Shown here one piece after another: positions 11,745-24,477 of a stretch of 64,000 nucleotides of DNA; within the stretch, counting starts at the first letter, position 1, and every line of letters starts with the position of its first letter. The DNA lies in assembly GCF_006345805.1 (NCBI RefSeq), contig NC_043002.1, forward strand, positions 33,170,001 through 33,234,000, given 5' to 3'. The stretch comes from Octopus sinensis (Eukaryota). The notes under the pieces were generated by a model. It did no database searches. It was not told the DNA's origin and saw only the letters and a program-made list of their open reading frames with translations. Position numbers and translations under genes: made by a program.

Positions 11745-14700
11745 TGATGGTCGTCCACTCGTGACCGAGGAAGACCATTGCCGACCTTCAGGAACATTGT
11801 GCGCTCTAGGACTAACTTATATTTTGCATTTGCGGCTCCGTTGGTGGCTAATTAGCCCTGCTCTTGACAAGCATACACGACTGCAAACATTGCAGACCAA
11901 GCTTTCCCCATTCACTATACGAGCCGTGCGCTTTCGCACAGCTCGCTTAAGTTCTTCATGCTGGATACGTGCTCTCTCAAAAGTGTCGATCCCCTCCTTA
12001 ACCTGCTTCCTCCATCTGTGGCGATGACAGGCATTGTTCTCCCAGTCAGTGTCCTGTATATCAAAAGCCTTTAACGAGGACTTGACACAGTCCTTAAATC
12101 GTAGCCTTGGTTTCTGCCGGAGTCTCCTTCCATTCACAAGTTCTCCATAGAGCATCTGCTTAGGAATCCTTCTATCCTCCATTCTAATAAGGTGTCCAGT
12201 CCAACGCAACCGGTGCTTGTGTACCATCGCCTCAATACTCAAGATATCAGCTGTCCTCAGGATCTGTGTGTCTGGAATTTTTGAGGTCCAGCCAACATTG
12301 AGAATGTGTCTGAGACATCTCTGATGAAAACGTTCAAGGACCCTTACCTGACGTTTGTACAGAGTCCATGTCTCACATGAGTAGAGAAGCGATGTCAGTA
12401 CACAAGCACGGTACACAGCAACTTTTGTTCTCTTTGCGATGCCATGTTGGGACCAGACACGAGACTGAAGAGACCGGAAGGAATTAGTTGTTTTCTGCAA
12501 CCTGAAAGATATTTCCTCATCCAGGGAACAAGAACGGCTGAGTGTGCTGCCCAGGTAGACAAACTTGTCTACTACCGTCAGAATTGTTCCTTCAACCAAG
12601 ATAGCTGGTTCTATATATGGATTTCCTGGTGCAGGCTGGAACATTATAACAGTCTTGTCCAGGCTAATGCTGAGTCCAAATGCCCTGCAAGAAGCAGAAA
12701 TGCAATTCATGAGTATTTGCATGTCATCCACTGTATGAGTGACTAAGTCACAGTCATCTGCATAAAGAAGGTCACGAATAATAGACTGGGAAATCTTTGA
12801 ATTGGCAGTAAATCGGCGAAGATTAAAGAGGCGGCCAGAAGATCGATATCTGACATACATTCTCAGAGAGCTAACCTTAGCAAAAGCATGAGTAAAAGCA
12901 GCAGCAAAGTACAAAGAAAAGAGAGTTGGGGCAAGGATGTCACCCTGCTTGACACCTTTCTCTACAAGAATGGGTCCCGCCATGGCACCACCAACATTGA
13001 CCCAAGCCTCCATCCCATCATGAAATGATTTAATTATAGATACAAAATGATCCGGACATCCAAGTTTGCCAAGTATTTTCCATAGAAAGGCCCTATTTAC
13101 AGTATCAAAGGCCTTAGTTAAATCAATGAATACCTGGACAAGATCCATATTCTGCTCATAGCACTTCTCCTGCATCTGTCTTGCTGTGAAAATCATATCC
13201 ATTGTCCCTCTACCAGATCGGAAGCCACATTGAGATTCAGATAGGACATCATTTACGAGACACCCATTCAGAACCTTGCCAGCAGCTGATAGCAGAGCAA
13301 TACCTCTGTAGTTACCACACATTGTTCTGGCTCCTTTTCCTTTATATAGAGGAAGAATAATTGCATCCTTCCAGTCTTTAGGGATTGCACCATCCCTCCA
13401 GACTGCACTAATAAGTTCATGAAGGGACTGTGTGATGCAATTACCACCAAATCGCAAAACCTCAGCACAAATTCCATCCTTTCCAGGTGCCCTACCAAGA
13501 TTCAATTTACTTATTGATGTCATTACTTCATGTATTGATGGCGAGGAGTCTAAGGAGTCAATGATAGGTCTTTGTTTCATTGTATCAATCACTGTTTCAT
13601 CCACAACTGACTCATGGTTTAGGAGTTCAGAGAAGTGTTCGATTCAGCGACCTGTGATTTCTGTTGATTTAGTAAACAGAGTGGAAGACTCCTTGGAAAG
13701 CAAAGGAGCTGATGTGGAGCTCTTAGGTCCATAAGCTCGCTTCATAAGATGGTAAAGCTTCTTGCTGTCATTTGCATCAGCAGCAGCCTGAACATCACGA
13801 GCAAGATCCTCCCACCAAGTGTTCTGCATCTTCCTGAGAGATCGCTGCAGTAGTGATTTTACACTGTTATAGTGGGCAAGTGCTAGACTTCGCTGTACAG
13901 TAGACAGTTCTCTGTGCAGCAACACACTGTGGGCATGGCGCTTCATCACTAATAGTCGTTGAATTCCAGCATCATTCTCATCAAACCAGTCTCTGTGTCT
14001 GGCAGTAACATACCCCAGTGTTTTGGCTGCACATTGAACAACCTGGTCTCAAAAATCTTCCCATGCTGCAGCAGTTTCAATGCTGGACAAGCGAGTCTGA
14101 AGCTCTTTCCTAACCACAACATCATATACCTTGTGGACATTTAGACGGCGAGGAATGCTGACTGGTCCTCTTCTCTCTTTCGCCCTAATAACCATTCGGA
14201 ACTTTGCTCGCACCAGACTGTGGTCTGTCCAGCATTCTTATCCATGCAAGGACTTGACATTACAAATGTCATAAATGTCGCGCTTGCGGATGATGACGTA
14301 CTCCAGCAAGTGCCAAACTTTGGACCTTGGATGCATCCATGTTGTTGTGTGATCACCTTTGTGCACAAAATGAGTACTTGCAATGTAAAGTCCATGTTCT
14401 TCGCACAGCTCCAACAGCATGAGACCATTGCTATTCATTTTTCCTACTCCAAAACGTCCTAGAGAGTTCCATGTTTGCCAGTCTGTTCCAACTCTGGCAT
14501 TAAAATCCCCCAGTAGAATGACTTTATCAGAATTGGGGATTTTTCTAAATATGGCTCTCAGCTGGGTATAAAAGATTATTTTAGCTTCATCACAGCTAGT
14601 CAAAGTAGGTGCATAGGCACTTATTAGAGTAGCAAACCGCTTACCTTTCTAGTGCAACCGTAGGGTCATTATACGTTCATTTATAGGAACAGGGAGCTCT

Positions 14701-15296
14701 TCCAACTTCTTCAGGATATCAGATCGGACTGCAAAACTAACACCAGCCTCTCTGCGCTCCTCCTTCTGCCTTCCTTTCCAAAAAAAGGTGTATCCGCCTC
14801 CTACTTCCTCAAGCTGACCATCACCTTCTATACGAGTCTCTGAGAGTGCAGCTATATCAATTTTATAACGGTTAAGCTCACGAACAACAAATGCAGAGCG
14901 TCTTTCAGGCCTGCAATCATTCCTGTTGTCCAACAGAGTACGCACATTCCAACATGAAATGTTTAAGTTCTGTCCAGATTTTATAGATAAAAGACTCTTT
15001 GTTTTTCGAGCGCAGGGTGGACATCCGTCAGTCGCGCTAAACTGACCAGATATGGAAAGACAGGCAATTTTTGGTTCACCTTTTCTAGAACCTCCCCGGT
15101 CTCCAGGTGAGCAGTGCCCTCCCCAAATGGAGCTGCTCAGACACCCATGCAGCAACCGAATCCTACCGCTGTCTTGGGCGACAAGGAGACGACTTTATAT
15201 CTAGCATGGGCCGCCTACGTGCAGGTCGCTGACTACATGCTTCCAACCTGTCAGGTCTGCATGCTTCACCACCTTTCCATCGCCGCAGGACTTCCG
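11745..15296 (-). mobile_element. Near full-length RTE (BovB-like) LINE; APE endonuclease, RT and C-terminal C2H2 finger; disrupted by several frameshifts/stops
   Basis: EN motifs SCWNVRTL, AALSETR, LLGDFNARVG and LLEYVI. RT motifs QCGFRSGRGTMD, FIDLTKAFDTV, GVKQGDILAP, LLYADD and FVYLGS. Ends CNVCSRVCLSRAGLISHQRS. The RT segment is a 595-aa open frame. Confidence 0.93.
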
Positions 15297-16170
15297 AATA
15301 AAATAAATAAATAAATAAATAAATAAAAAAAATACTAAAAATGAAGAAAATATATGCTAAAAATAAGATAGAGATATATATATATAAGAAAAAAAACGAG
15401 GTCGGCAATGCCTGTGCAGAGTTTTAGGCCCAATAAGGTTTGCACAACACCTCACAGACCTTCTCCACTCTATTGACATTATCCAGAGACAAGCCGGAGC
15501 AAGATGTCTGGTGCCAATATGAGTCGCAGGCTCAGGGATGTGGGAGCGCCGTGATCTTTATCACAAACCAAAGATCCCCACAATGTTCAATGCCATTCCC
15601 GGCATATCTGGTTTTTTATCAGTGACCATTTATCGGATGGCCGTTGACTCTCAAGAGGTCCTCCGCCCTTTGACGGGTTTTGTTTTTCATCTCGCAGGGT
15701 GTCCAATAAACACCCTCCTCACCAAGCAAGCTTGGTGGGGTTGCCGGTTTAGTCGCCGACGACCCGACCATGCAACAGGTTGTGCTGGGTTACATGTTAC
15801 CAGTAGCACTCGAAGATGACCTGACATACATACATACATACATACATACATACATACATACATACATACATACATACATACATACATACATGCATGCATA
15901 CATACATACATATATACATACATACATACATATGTAGTGGTTAAATGTGCATCATGGTGAACAGATGCAAAAGGAATGTGTATGTCGTTCAAGTAAACAA
16001 ATGAGTGAATCGATTCATAGTTAAAAATAATTTATTCACTGGACTTAATTTGTTATTGGTACACAATTCTTCACTACATGCAAAATGTTGGCAACTGCTA
16101 CGAGTTGCTAGAAACAGAAACAGGGTACATCTGTGGAAGTGATATGTCAGAAATGAATGTGTGTGTGTGT

Positions 16171-16420
16171 GTGCATAGTTCATCTCAGATCAGTAGTCTA
16201 CCGTGGAAGTTCGAACCTTTCTCTCGGTCTCTGCGGTCTGCCAAAACCTGTCGTGTCGTATCTCGTTTGCTTGCTATGCCTTTCTTCCTGTCAGTCCCTC
16301 TGTTGACCATTGTATTTATAATAATCATGGCAGCTAGAAGGACAGACATACTGCAGCAGAGTTTGTACCTATATAGGTCAGCTCCTGTCCATTTGAACTT
16401 CGCCCAACATGGCTGAGGTC
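16171..16420. repeat. Diverged ~250-bp repeat, copy 1 (copy 2 at 17285-17536)
   Basis: Colinear similarity, including an identical 23-mer ctcctgtccatttgaacttcgcc. Each copy is preceded by a (GT)-rich tract. Confidence 0.85.
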
Positions 16421-17284
16421 ATAGGTCAAAGGGAGATGATCAATCACTTTTTGACAGGACAAAGAAAACCTCTTTTCGCGCCTGTTGATCGTCATGGTTT
16501 GGACGACCGAGAATTCTTAGATTCGGTTTCGAATCTAGGCTTGGAAAAGGAAGTATTGATTTTTACACTACCCTCCCCGCCTTCTACTGCGAAAGCTACA
16601 GAGATCGAACGATATTGGAAATGTTATTTTTTGTGTGTATGCAGAAAAAATTTACAAAGTGTAAGAGAGAAATGAATATATGTCAAAAACATGGGATATA
16701 AAAATATGAAGCAAAGGTTTACTGTTGGTGTGTGCTATATGGTGGGCAATACATATATATGTGCCCAGGCAGAAACATGTTGGCGTGTTGATAGAGATGT
16801 GCGTCTATTGATTACTCGACCCACTAGAGGTCTAATAGAGGCAAGGTGTCTTTCAGTGGCGCAAAAGATCAAATGGTAGCACACATGAGAATGTGACTGT
16901 TGTGAGTGTGTGTAAGCATACAGGTAAGCAAAATATATTTTACAAGAAGGCAAAACAGTTTAAAAAGAAAGCAAAACACGTGCATACGAAAAAAGAAAGA
17001 AATGTTTAATCGAAAAAGTTCGCTTGTGAAATGTTCAGTAAGTGTTCATACAGAAAGATTTTCGTTGATGTGGAACAATGTTTTTTTGATTTCCTTTTTT
17101 TCTTTATGTATAAAAAAAAATATTCGTTGATTTCTTTGGGTTTGTATGTGGGTGATGCAGTCATGTGAGCTATATGTTGCGAAAAGGAACCGATTGGTGA
17201 TTTTATGTGCCGGTAGATTTCCGCTTTTTGGCCCGCGACACAGCACTTGGTCCATTCTCTGAATATGTTTGTATGTGTGTGTAT

Positions 17285-17536
17285 GTGCGTAGTTCATCTG
17301 ATCTCAGTAGTCAACCGTGGAACTTCGAACATTTCTCTCGAGTCTCTACGGTCATTCAAAACCTGTCGTCGTAAACCTTTCTCGTTTGCCTGCTTGGCCT
17401 TTCTCCTACCGTCTGTTTGTTGACCACCGTATTTATAATAATCGTGGTAGATTGAAGGACAGATATACTGCAGCAAAGTTTTACCTAAATAGATCAACTC
17501 CTGTCCATTTGAACTTCGCCTGACATGGCTGAGATC
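17285..17536. repeat. Diverged ~250-bp repeat, copy 2
   Basis: See copy 1 at 16171-16420. Confidence 0.85.
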
Positions 17537-18902
17537 GTACATGTTCTTTTATTCGTTTCAACCATGCAGCTGCGGTCATGTTGGAACACCACTGTGTGTA
17601 TGTATATACACGTGTGTGTATGTGTCTGTTTGTCAGTCTGTGTCTGTGTTTACTACCCACCACCGCTTAACAACCGGTGTTTGTGTGTTTACGTCACTGT
17701 AACTTGGTCGTTCAGCAAAAATGAATTGATAAGCCCATATATAACATCCAAAGGTGCACCTTTTTCCGTCTGGTGACATTATTCTCATGTCACATAAATG
17801 TAAATTTAATGTACAAATTTGTAATTAAATTATTGAGTACTAATTGAAACGGCTGTAAGAAGCGAAGATGACCAATTTGCTGTTAATAATAAACAATTAA
17901 CTTCTTAATCTCAACCTCCCATATGTTAAATGGCCTGAAGGCAACATCCTCTTTGGGATGTCACTGCATGAACAAAAGCATGTAGAGTCATTACTTGAAC
18001 TTGTTAATACGTTGTTCATGGAACAAATGATACTCAAACCAACCAGGGGAAACATCTTGGACCTGCTCCACAAATAATGTGGACATTATCCATAATGTGA
18101 ATGTGACGCTAACAGCACTCGCAGACCGCAACATTGTTGAACTAAGTATGTATGGTCCTAAGCGAACTGCAGATACCTACCCCATCAGGAGGACTAGAGC
18201 CATATCCAACTTCAATTTCAATAAAACAAAGTGGGAATCAATCCGCAAAGAGATCCACAAACGAAAGTGGTCCAGCATTCTATGTACGTGTAGTGATCCT
18301 ATAACGGTGCGCGCGCGCGCGCACCGTCCATTTTCTATTTCGCGCGTGCGAGTGTTGGTGCCTTCACCAAGGCACAGAAAGGAAGGGCCCTCTCGCGCAT
18401 GCGCGAAGCACCGGAAGAAGAACCCTATTACCTACGTAGCAGTTAGCGAGGCAAGGGGGTCGTAGAACGTTTGACCGCTAGCAGCAGCAGCGGGGACTTT
18501 GAGACATGGCTATCGAAGGCAACGGTCACGTATATTCTCTCTCCGTCAGGACTTGATTCTAGCAGCAGTCGGCCGAATGCCTTTAACCAAATTGTTGCCG
18601 ACCACATTCAACTTCCCTGTTCGACGCCATCTTGAACCCGTTCTGGTTTTAGCGGCTGAATATTGTAAATATTACAATCGATTAACTTTCAGCCTTGCGC
18701 GCCCCGAACCAAGGACATCAGATAACCACTTATTGTTATTGTTACCAAGAAAGAGAATAAAGTAGTATATATATATTTTACGTCTGCGTCTTGTTGTTTC
18801 TGACTGGTAGAATTCTGGATTATTAAAGCAACGGCTAGTGATTGCTTTCTTGTACCCCGAAAGTACAAGAGAAGATATTCACTCACACGAAGCTCGTTAC
18901 AG

Positions 18903-18922
18903 TGGTGACCCCCCGACGTGAT
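18903..18922 (+). promoter_or_regulatory. Primer binding site complementary to tRNA-Trp 3' end
   Basis: tggtgaccccccgacgtgat versus the canonical tRNA-Trp PBS TGGTGACCCCGACGTGAT (two extra C), one base after the 5' LTR. Confidence 0.85.
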
Positions 18923-20421
18923 TCTGGTCTAAAACCAGAAATCACTGAACAACAAAGAAATCCAGTTTTTCTGCGAAGTCGGAACACGATTTAACTCTAC
19001 GCATTCATCTTTCGACGATTTGTTTCCGGCCACCACAAACAGTTGTAGAAGGAGCCTCTTTCTTATTCTACAGCCATGATGACGAACGCCATCACATCAT
19101 CGATGCCTTTTCTCCACCTTCGTCATCGTCATCGTCGTCTTTCTACTTCACGTCGTCGTTATCTTCGTCGCCATCATCACTAAGAACGATGTTGTCTCAA
19201 GTCCACTACAGTCGCCACCACCACCGTCGCCTTTCAACAACGTCGACCTCCACCAAGATGTACATAGCAACTCGCGGAAGTTTGGTCCACTTGCCGTTTG
19301 TGCATTAGCACACCAAGAATTCACAGCCCAGCACTATCTACGAGATTTCTTCTGTTCCAGTTAACCTGTCACAGCATTGAAGCCACAACCGCTACACGAT
19401 ATGTGTTCAATCGGCATCTGCATTTGTGATCTCAACATTCTGTTACAGAACGAACTGCTATTGTGCATCAGGCTATTACAGACTGGTAAATTAACTCTTG
19501 TCTGAAATAGCACATGAGAGACATTTTTCTATGCGCTGTATTTTTTAAATATTTTGCTCGCATTCACCTTGTATGTATTTTTGTCGCACACACGTACACA
19601 CACATAAATGCTATCTCTCACATACATACGTCACACATGCTTTTCTCGCTTGTTTTTTCCATGCTAAATTTGCCTTTTGTGGACACACCTCATTTCTATA
19701 GACCCTAGCGGTCACGTATACATAGAGAGGGTTGTTTGTCCATTATAACGCGCCAGCATGTCATACCTTTGTTCCTGTACGAACGAGGCATATAATCGCT
19801 CAACCACTGGCATATTCTTGCTGTTTTTTGGTCTGGCAAGCACTATTGCATTTCATGCGCCTTTTGCTTCGCACGTGTATTGCCTTGTTTTTTGCAACAC
19901 GTTTGCGTTAGCCTAATTCTTTTCCCGACTCATAGAATGTCGGATGTTCACATGTATGGGCGTAATTATTTTTCCCTGTTAGACCACTGTTGGTCACGTA
20001 ATTAACAGAAAATTATCTGTGTCGCGCATCACACCAGCATGTTTGCACTTTTGCCTTTTGTGTTACTAGCGAGCTTCTGCCAATTCCATTTCCTCTCCTG
20101 CAGCAATTGATTTAACTGCTATTTTGCAGGATCAACCACCTTTAGAGAAGTTGGATTTTAATTTCGTTTAGGTTCATTAACTGTGAGTTTTGCTTTCCCT
20201 CCGCTCCTTTCAGCGGAAGGGTTTATACTTTGTGACGTATACACTTTCATGCATGCACTCTTGATTTTTGCTCATTGAGTATTTTTTCTCTTTTTCCTTT
20301 AGTAAATTTCTTGTGTATGTTATAAATTTTGCCATTTTATTATATTGTGTGCTATTTGGTTATCTGGTGTCCACCTTGAGTTTTGCAGTCACTACAATAA
20401 GTTTCCTTTCGTGCGTACGCA

Positions 20422-20435
20422 CTGGAGGGGAGCCT
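20422..20435 (+). promoter_or_regulatory. Polypurine tract
   Basis: ctggaggggagcct immediately before the 3' LTR. Confidence 0.75.
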
Positions 20436-22496
20436 TGTAGTGATCCTATAACGGTGCGCGCGCGCGCACCGTCCATTTTCTATTTCGCGCGTGCGAGTGT
20501 TGGTGCCTTCACCAAGGCACAGAAAGGAAGGGCCCTCTCGCGCATGCGCGAAGCACCGGAAGAAGAACCCTATTGCCTACGTAGCAGTTAGCGAGGCAAG
20601 GGGGTCGTAGAACGTTTGACCGCTAGCAGCAGCAGCGGGGACTTTGAGACATGGCTATCGAAGGCAACGATCACGTATATTCTCTCTCCGTCAGGACTTG
20701 ATTCTAGCAGCAGTCGGCCGAATGCCTTTAACCAAATTGTTGCCGACCACATTCAACTTCCCTGTTCGACGCCATCTTGAACCCGTTCTGGTTTTAGCGG
20801 CTGAATATTGTAAATATTACAATCGATTAACTTTCAGCCTTGCGCGCCCCGAACCAAGGACATCAGATAACCACTTATTGTTATTGTTACCAAGAAAGAG
20901 AATAAAGTAGTATATATATATTTTACGTCTGCGTCTTGTTGTTTCTGACTGGTAGAATTCTGGATTATTAAAGCAACGGCTAGTGATTGCTTTCTTGTAC
21001 CCCGAAAGTACAAGAGAAGATATTCACTCACACGAAGCTCGTTACATACGCAAAACACGACTTGAAACTCGATCAGTTTACGTCAGCAGTGCAAGCTATA
21101 TGCACTAAATGCACAACAGAAAGAAAGACCAGTATACCGACAAACATGATTCCCAAGGGCAGAAAATACTGAGACGCAGATAAAATGCTTGAATAGGCAA
21201 CTGAAGAATAGGAAGAAGTCTATTTTAATACGAACACTCCTAGAAATCGGAAACAACATCAAATTCTCTCATAAAAAGGAAAGAATAGAGCTGTAGAAAA
21301 CATAAAAACAAAACCTTAGACATGCCCATGGTCATTCGGACAACCACTGTCTCTAGCTACACCGATTATATAAAATCATAGGCAATAAAAAAATTCAACT
21401 GACGTCGCAAGCCTACAACAGGACCTGCATGAAATATACAAGTGGGCTGAAGTAAACAACATTCAGCTTAATGTTGGAAAATTTCAAGCACTGCACTATC
21501 AACTCACGAATGACCACAGCCTGTATATACAGGTCCTGAAGGCACTGCAAAACCAGAGTCACAGGTTGTAAAAGTCAAAGGTATTTGCATTGATGCATCA
21601 TTTTATACGCACATTACCAAGATGGCAACGAAGGGCAGACAACTGGCAGGATGGATACTAAGGTCCTTCAAGACAAGAGACCAAGAAGTTATGTTGACCC
21701 TGTGGAGGACCTTTGTTCTCAGCCGCCTGGACTACTGCTCTCAGCTTTGGTCACCACATAGTGCAAAACTAACACTGGCGCTGAAATAACTAAGACTTTA
21801 CTCCCAGGAGCGAAGGCACGACAGATATGTAACAATCTATATATGGAAAACTCTAGAAGAACTAGTACCAAATTTAGGCATTAAATGTTATACAAATGCC
21901 AGAACTGGACGTCATTGTGTTGCACCAAAGATGTCATTTACGCCGTCTAAATTCAGAAACAGGTTCTGTAATAGCCTAGGGTTCAAAGGCCCACAGCACT
22001 TCAATGCCCTGTCACAAAAATTAAGAAATCTACATAATGTGGATGTAGATGTCTTCAAAAACGAACTAGACATCCCACTCTCCACAATACTAGATGAACC
22101 AACGGTCTGGCATGAGACACAGACGAGGGCAGCAGAATCAAACTCCCTCATACACCAAATGGCCCGAATGTCATTCCGAATAGGCTGGTTAGTTGTTCCT
22201 CATCGAAGCCTAGAGCCTCCCCTAGAACGTCGTCGGACTCATGCTCTAACAACCCTCTATATAAATACGCAGTGGTAGCTTCGCAGTCGGTATTGCTCGT
22301 CCGGGAGAACAGAGTGAGTGCTTGTCTGCACTCCTGCCATTCTTCCATTCTAGGTCTCCGTCACAGGAGACGTCAATTGTGGAAAGCTACCATCCATGTA
22401 GCGCCAGAGATGTCTCCTTGTGTGGAACAAAATATCTTTGCTTTCTCCCTCCCTATATATATATATATATAGAATTATATAGTTGAAATCGCTATA

Positions 22497-23809
22497 TCTA
22501 TAAACGACAAACTGTCTGTGTGTCCTTTATACAAATCCACATTTTTTCACGTAAAAGGTTCGCATTTTATATGGCCTTTCAAAACTGTCTGAGAGTGGTC
22601 GTGAAGATCTTTTCATTTCCCCAGTCACCCCAGAAAGCCATTTAAAAAATCGATAAACCGACCCCTTATTCCCATAAGTTATGGGCATATCCATTCAAAA
22701 TCACTAAAACATAGAAATTTGTACACGGTGCGTGCGTACAGCTAGATACGCCAATAGACTGCCAGCTGTTTTTTGACTGGACTGAGATAATTTTACCCTT
22801 CACAGTTGAATGCGCGTGCGCTTTTGTAGACAGTCTGTATCATGTGTTTATCATGTGTTTTGGCTTCCAAAGGTGCACGCTTTTTTAATTTGAGAAATGC
22901 AGGGAATAATTAACGAGTTAGACCAAGTGAATGACAAGAGAGCGGGATTTTCATGAAAGACCAAATATGCCTGATATGCTATCATTCCTTAAGTATGCCA
23001 TAAAAGAGTTGGAGCCTATTCAAGGGATCTATATAGGAAGGGCTTTACTTTTATGCTTTTGGTTGATTTAAGTTATCCAGCGAGAGCCCAGGATGTTTTA
23101 TTCAAGTTGGATTAAAAATGAAAAATGAGCAAGTTGACCCACCCCACACCAAGGGATTTTAATAAAAAACGTTTATTTGTTTGCATTCAGCCTAAGATCG
23201 TATCATTAGTAACCCACACAGCTGGGGCATAGGGTGATCAGGGTGATCCTTTTGGAGCAAGAAATCTTAATTTGATTCGAGTTTACCAAAATTGCCAATC
23301 AATCAGTAGAAACTCAATAAAAGTATTCCTTGCGGCTTTCCGCATTTAAATTGACTGCCACCTTTTCTTTTAGCCCTAACTTGAGGTACGAATTACCTAA
23401 GATACAAAGATTTTCTTTAGCGAAATTTCATGCTTTTGTGTTTTGAGATACGAGTGAAAACTGAGATGCTAATTAATTTCCAGTCACATTTTTACGCTCG
23501 CTAGAAAATTTGAAAACTTTGTCAGCCCTGATTATTCATTTCATTTTGTTGGTGAAGGTTTGCTTTCATGGTGGTCTTTATCGATTTTCTAACATGCTCC
23601 TCCTTCATCTTCAACAAAGCCACCAAATTTGTGATGATTAATTACCCAGTGCAGCTGCACCTCTGGATGGGCTCAGAATTTACAGAGGCTCTGTCAAACA
23701 CGTTAAAAAACATATGCGATGGAAAGGCGAACATAATTTCCGAAAACAAAGAAAGGGATTTAGCACAAAACTAGCACTATGACCCGGCAACGCCGGGTGA
23801 TATTGCTAG
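22497..23809 (+). mobile_element. Non-autonomous Helitron (~1.3 kb)
   Basis: A|TC 5' end (tctataaacgacaaactgtctgtgtgtcc), subterminal hairpin acccggcaacgccgggt (23782-23798), CTAG|T 3' end, no TSD. Confidence 0.8.
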
Positions 23810-23819
23810 TTTACACACA

Positions 23820-23881
<62 letters not shown>

Positions 23882-23883
<2 letters not shown>

Positions 23884-24240
23884 TGTATGAACAAGAAGCA
23901 AGTGTGTTAGTTTGAAGGTCGGGAAAAACGAATAAGTTTTTTTCGCTTCGAGCATACGCTCTTCAATAGAAAGGAATAAAAAATAATAAACAGAGAGAGA
24001 GAATGAAAAAAATAAACGTGTAGAGTTCAACGGTCCAGCATGATATTGATGATGGTGTGTATGCGTGTGTGTGAATGTACGACAGCCACTACACATTTTT
24101 TTCTCTCCTTGTTTCTTTCTGTGGAAGACTTTTTAAATTCCTGAGTGTTATACATATACATCTGTTTGTTTTCTACACCACCTGTCTTCGTCTTTTGTTG
24201 CTTTGTTTTTTTCGTGAATTCTCCCTATATATATATATAT
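23882..24240. mobile_element. Inverted pair of PLE pLTR remnants between (TA)n tracts
   Basis: 23935-24030 matches 3560-3650 in the same orientation and includes a decayed hammerhead motif. 24080-24235 matches the same pLTR in the opposite orientation. Confidence 0.75.
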
Positions 24241-24477
24241 ATACGACTGGCATCCGCACAGTTTCCGTCTACCAAATCCACTCACAAGGCATTGGCCAAC
24301 CAAGGGTTACAAAAAGCGCTGCGCAGTAAAACTGAACCTGAAACATTACGGTTGTTAAGCGAACTAAGCCACTCAACCATGCCTGCGCCAATTATGTGAA
24401 ATACCTGATAGGCTTCAGTTAATGAAATATATTCTGGCATTCCGATGGTTATGACGATGAGTGTTGTTGTTGATCCA

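Larger units (their letters stand above)
18289..21046 (+). mobile_element. Young non-autonomous LTR retrotransposon (LTRs 18289-18901 and 20436-21046; 1534-bp non-coding interior)
   Basis: TG...CA termini. LTRs are 613 and 611 bp and differ, by eye, at 2 substitutions and a 2-bp GC indel. TSD is TACG (18285-18288 and 21047-21050). PBS and PPT are present. Confidence 0.95.
17890..22180 (+). mobile_element. Degraded CR1-clade LINE interrupted by the LTR element
   Basis: Left part translates as EQMILKPTRGNILDLL (APE). Right part gives LQQDLHEIYKWAEVNNIQLNVGKF, GWILRSFKTRD...RLDYCSQLWSP and NSLGFKGPQHFNAL. Confidence 0.85.

Noticed and set aside
15108-15145. HDV-like ribozyme in the RTE 5'UTR (GGUGUC/GGCACU, UGAGCA/UGCUCA and CUC/GAG form a pseudoknot on the minus strand)
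   Set aside because: No room for P1.1, P4 or the catalytic C before the P2 3' strand. At most this is a simple pseudoknot.
18499-18765. Identical 88-aa ORF in both LTRs as an accessory gene
   Set aside because: It starts at TTG, has no recognisable domain, and its identity simply reflects LTR duplication.
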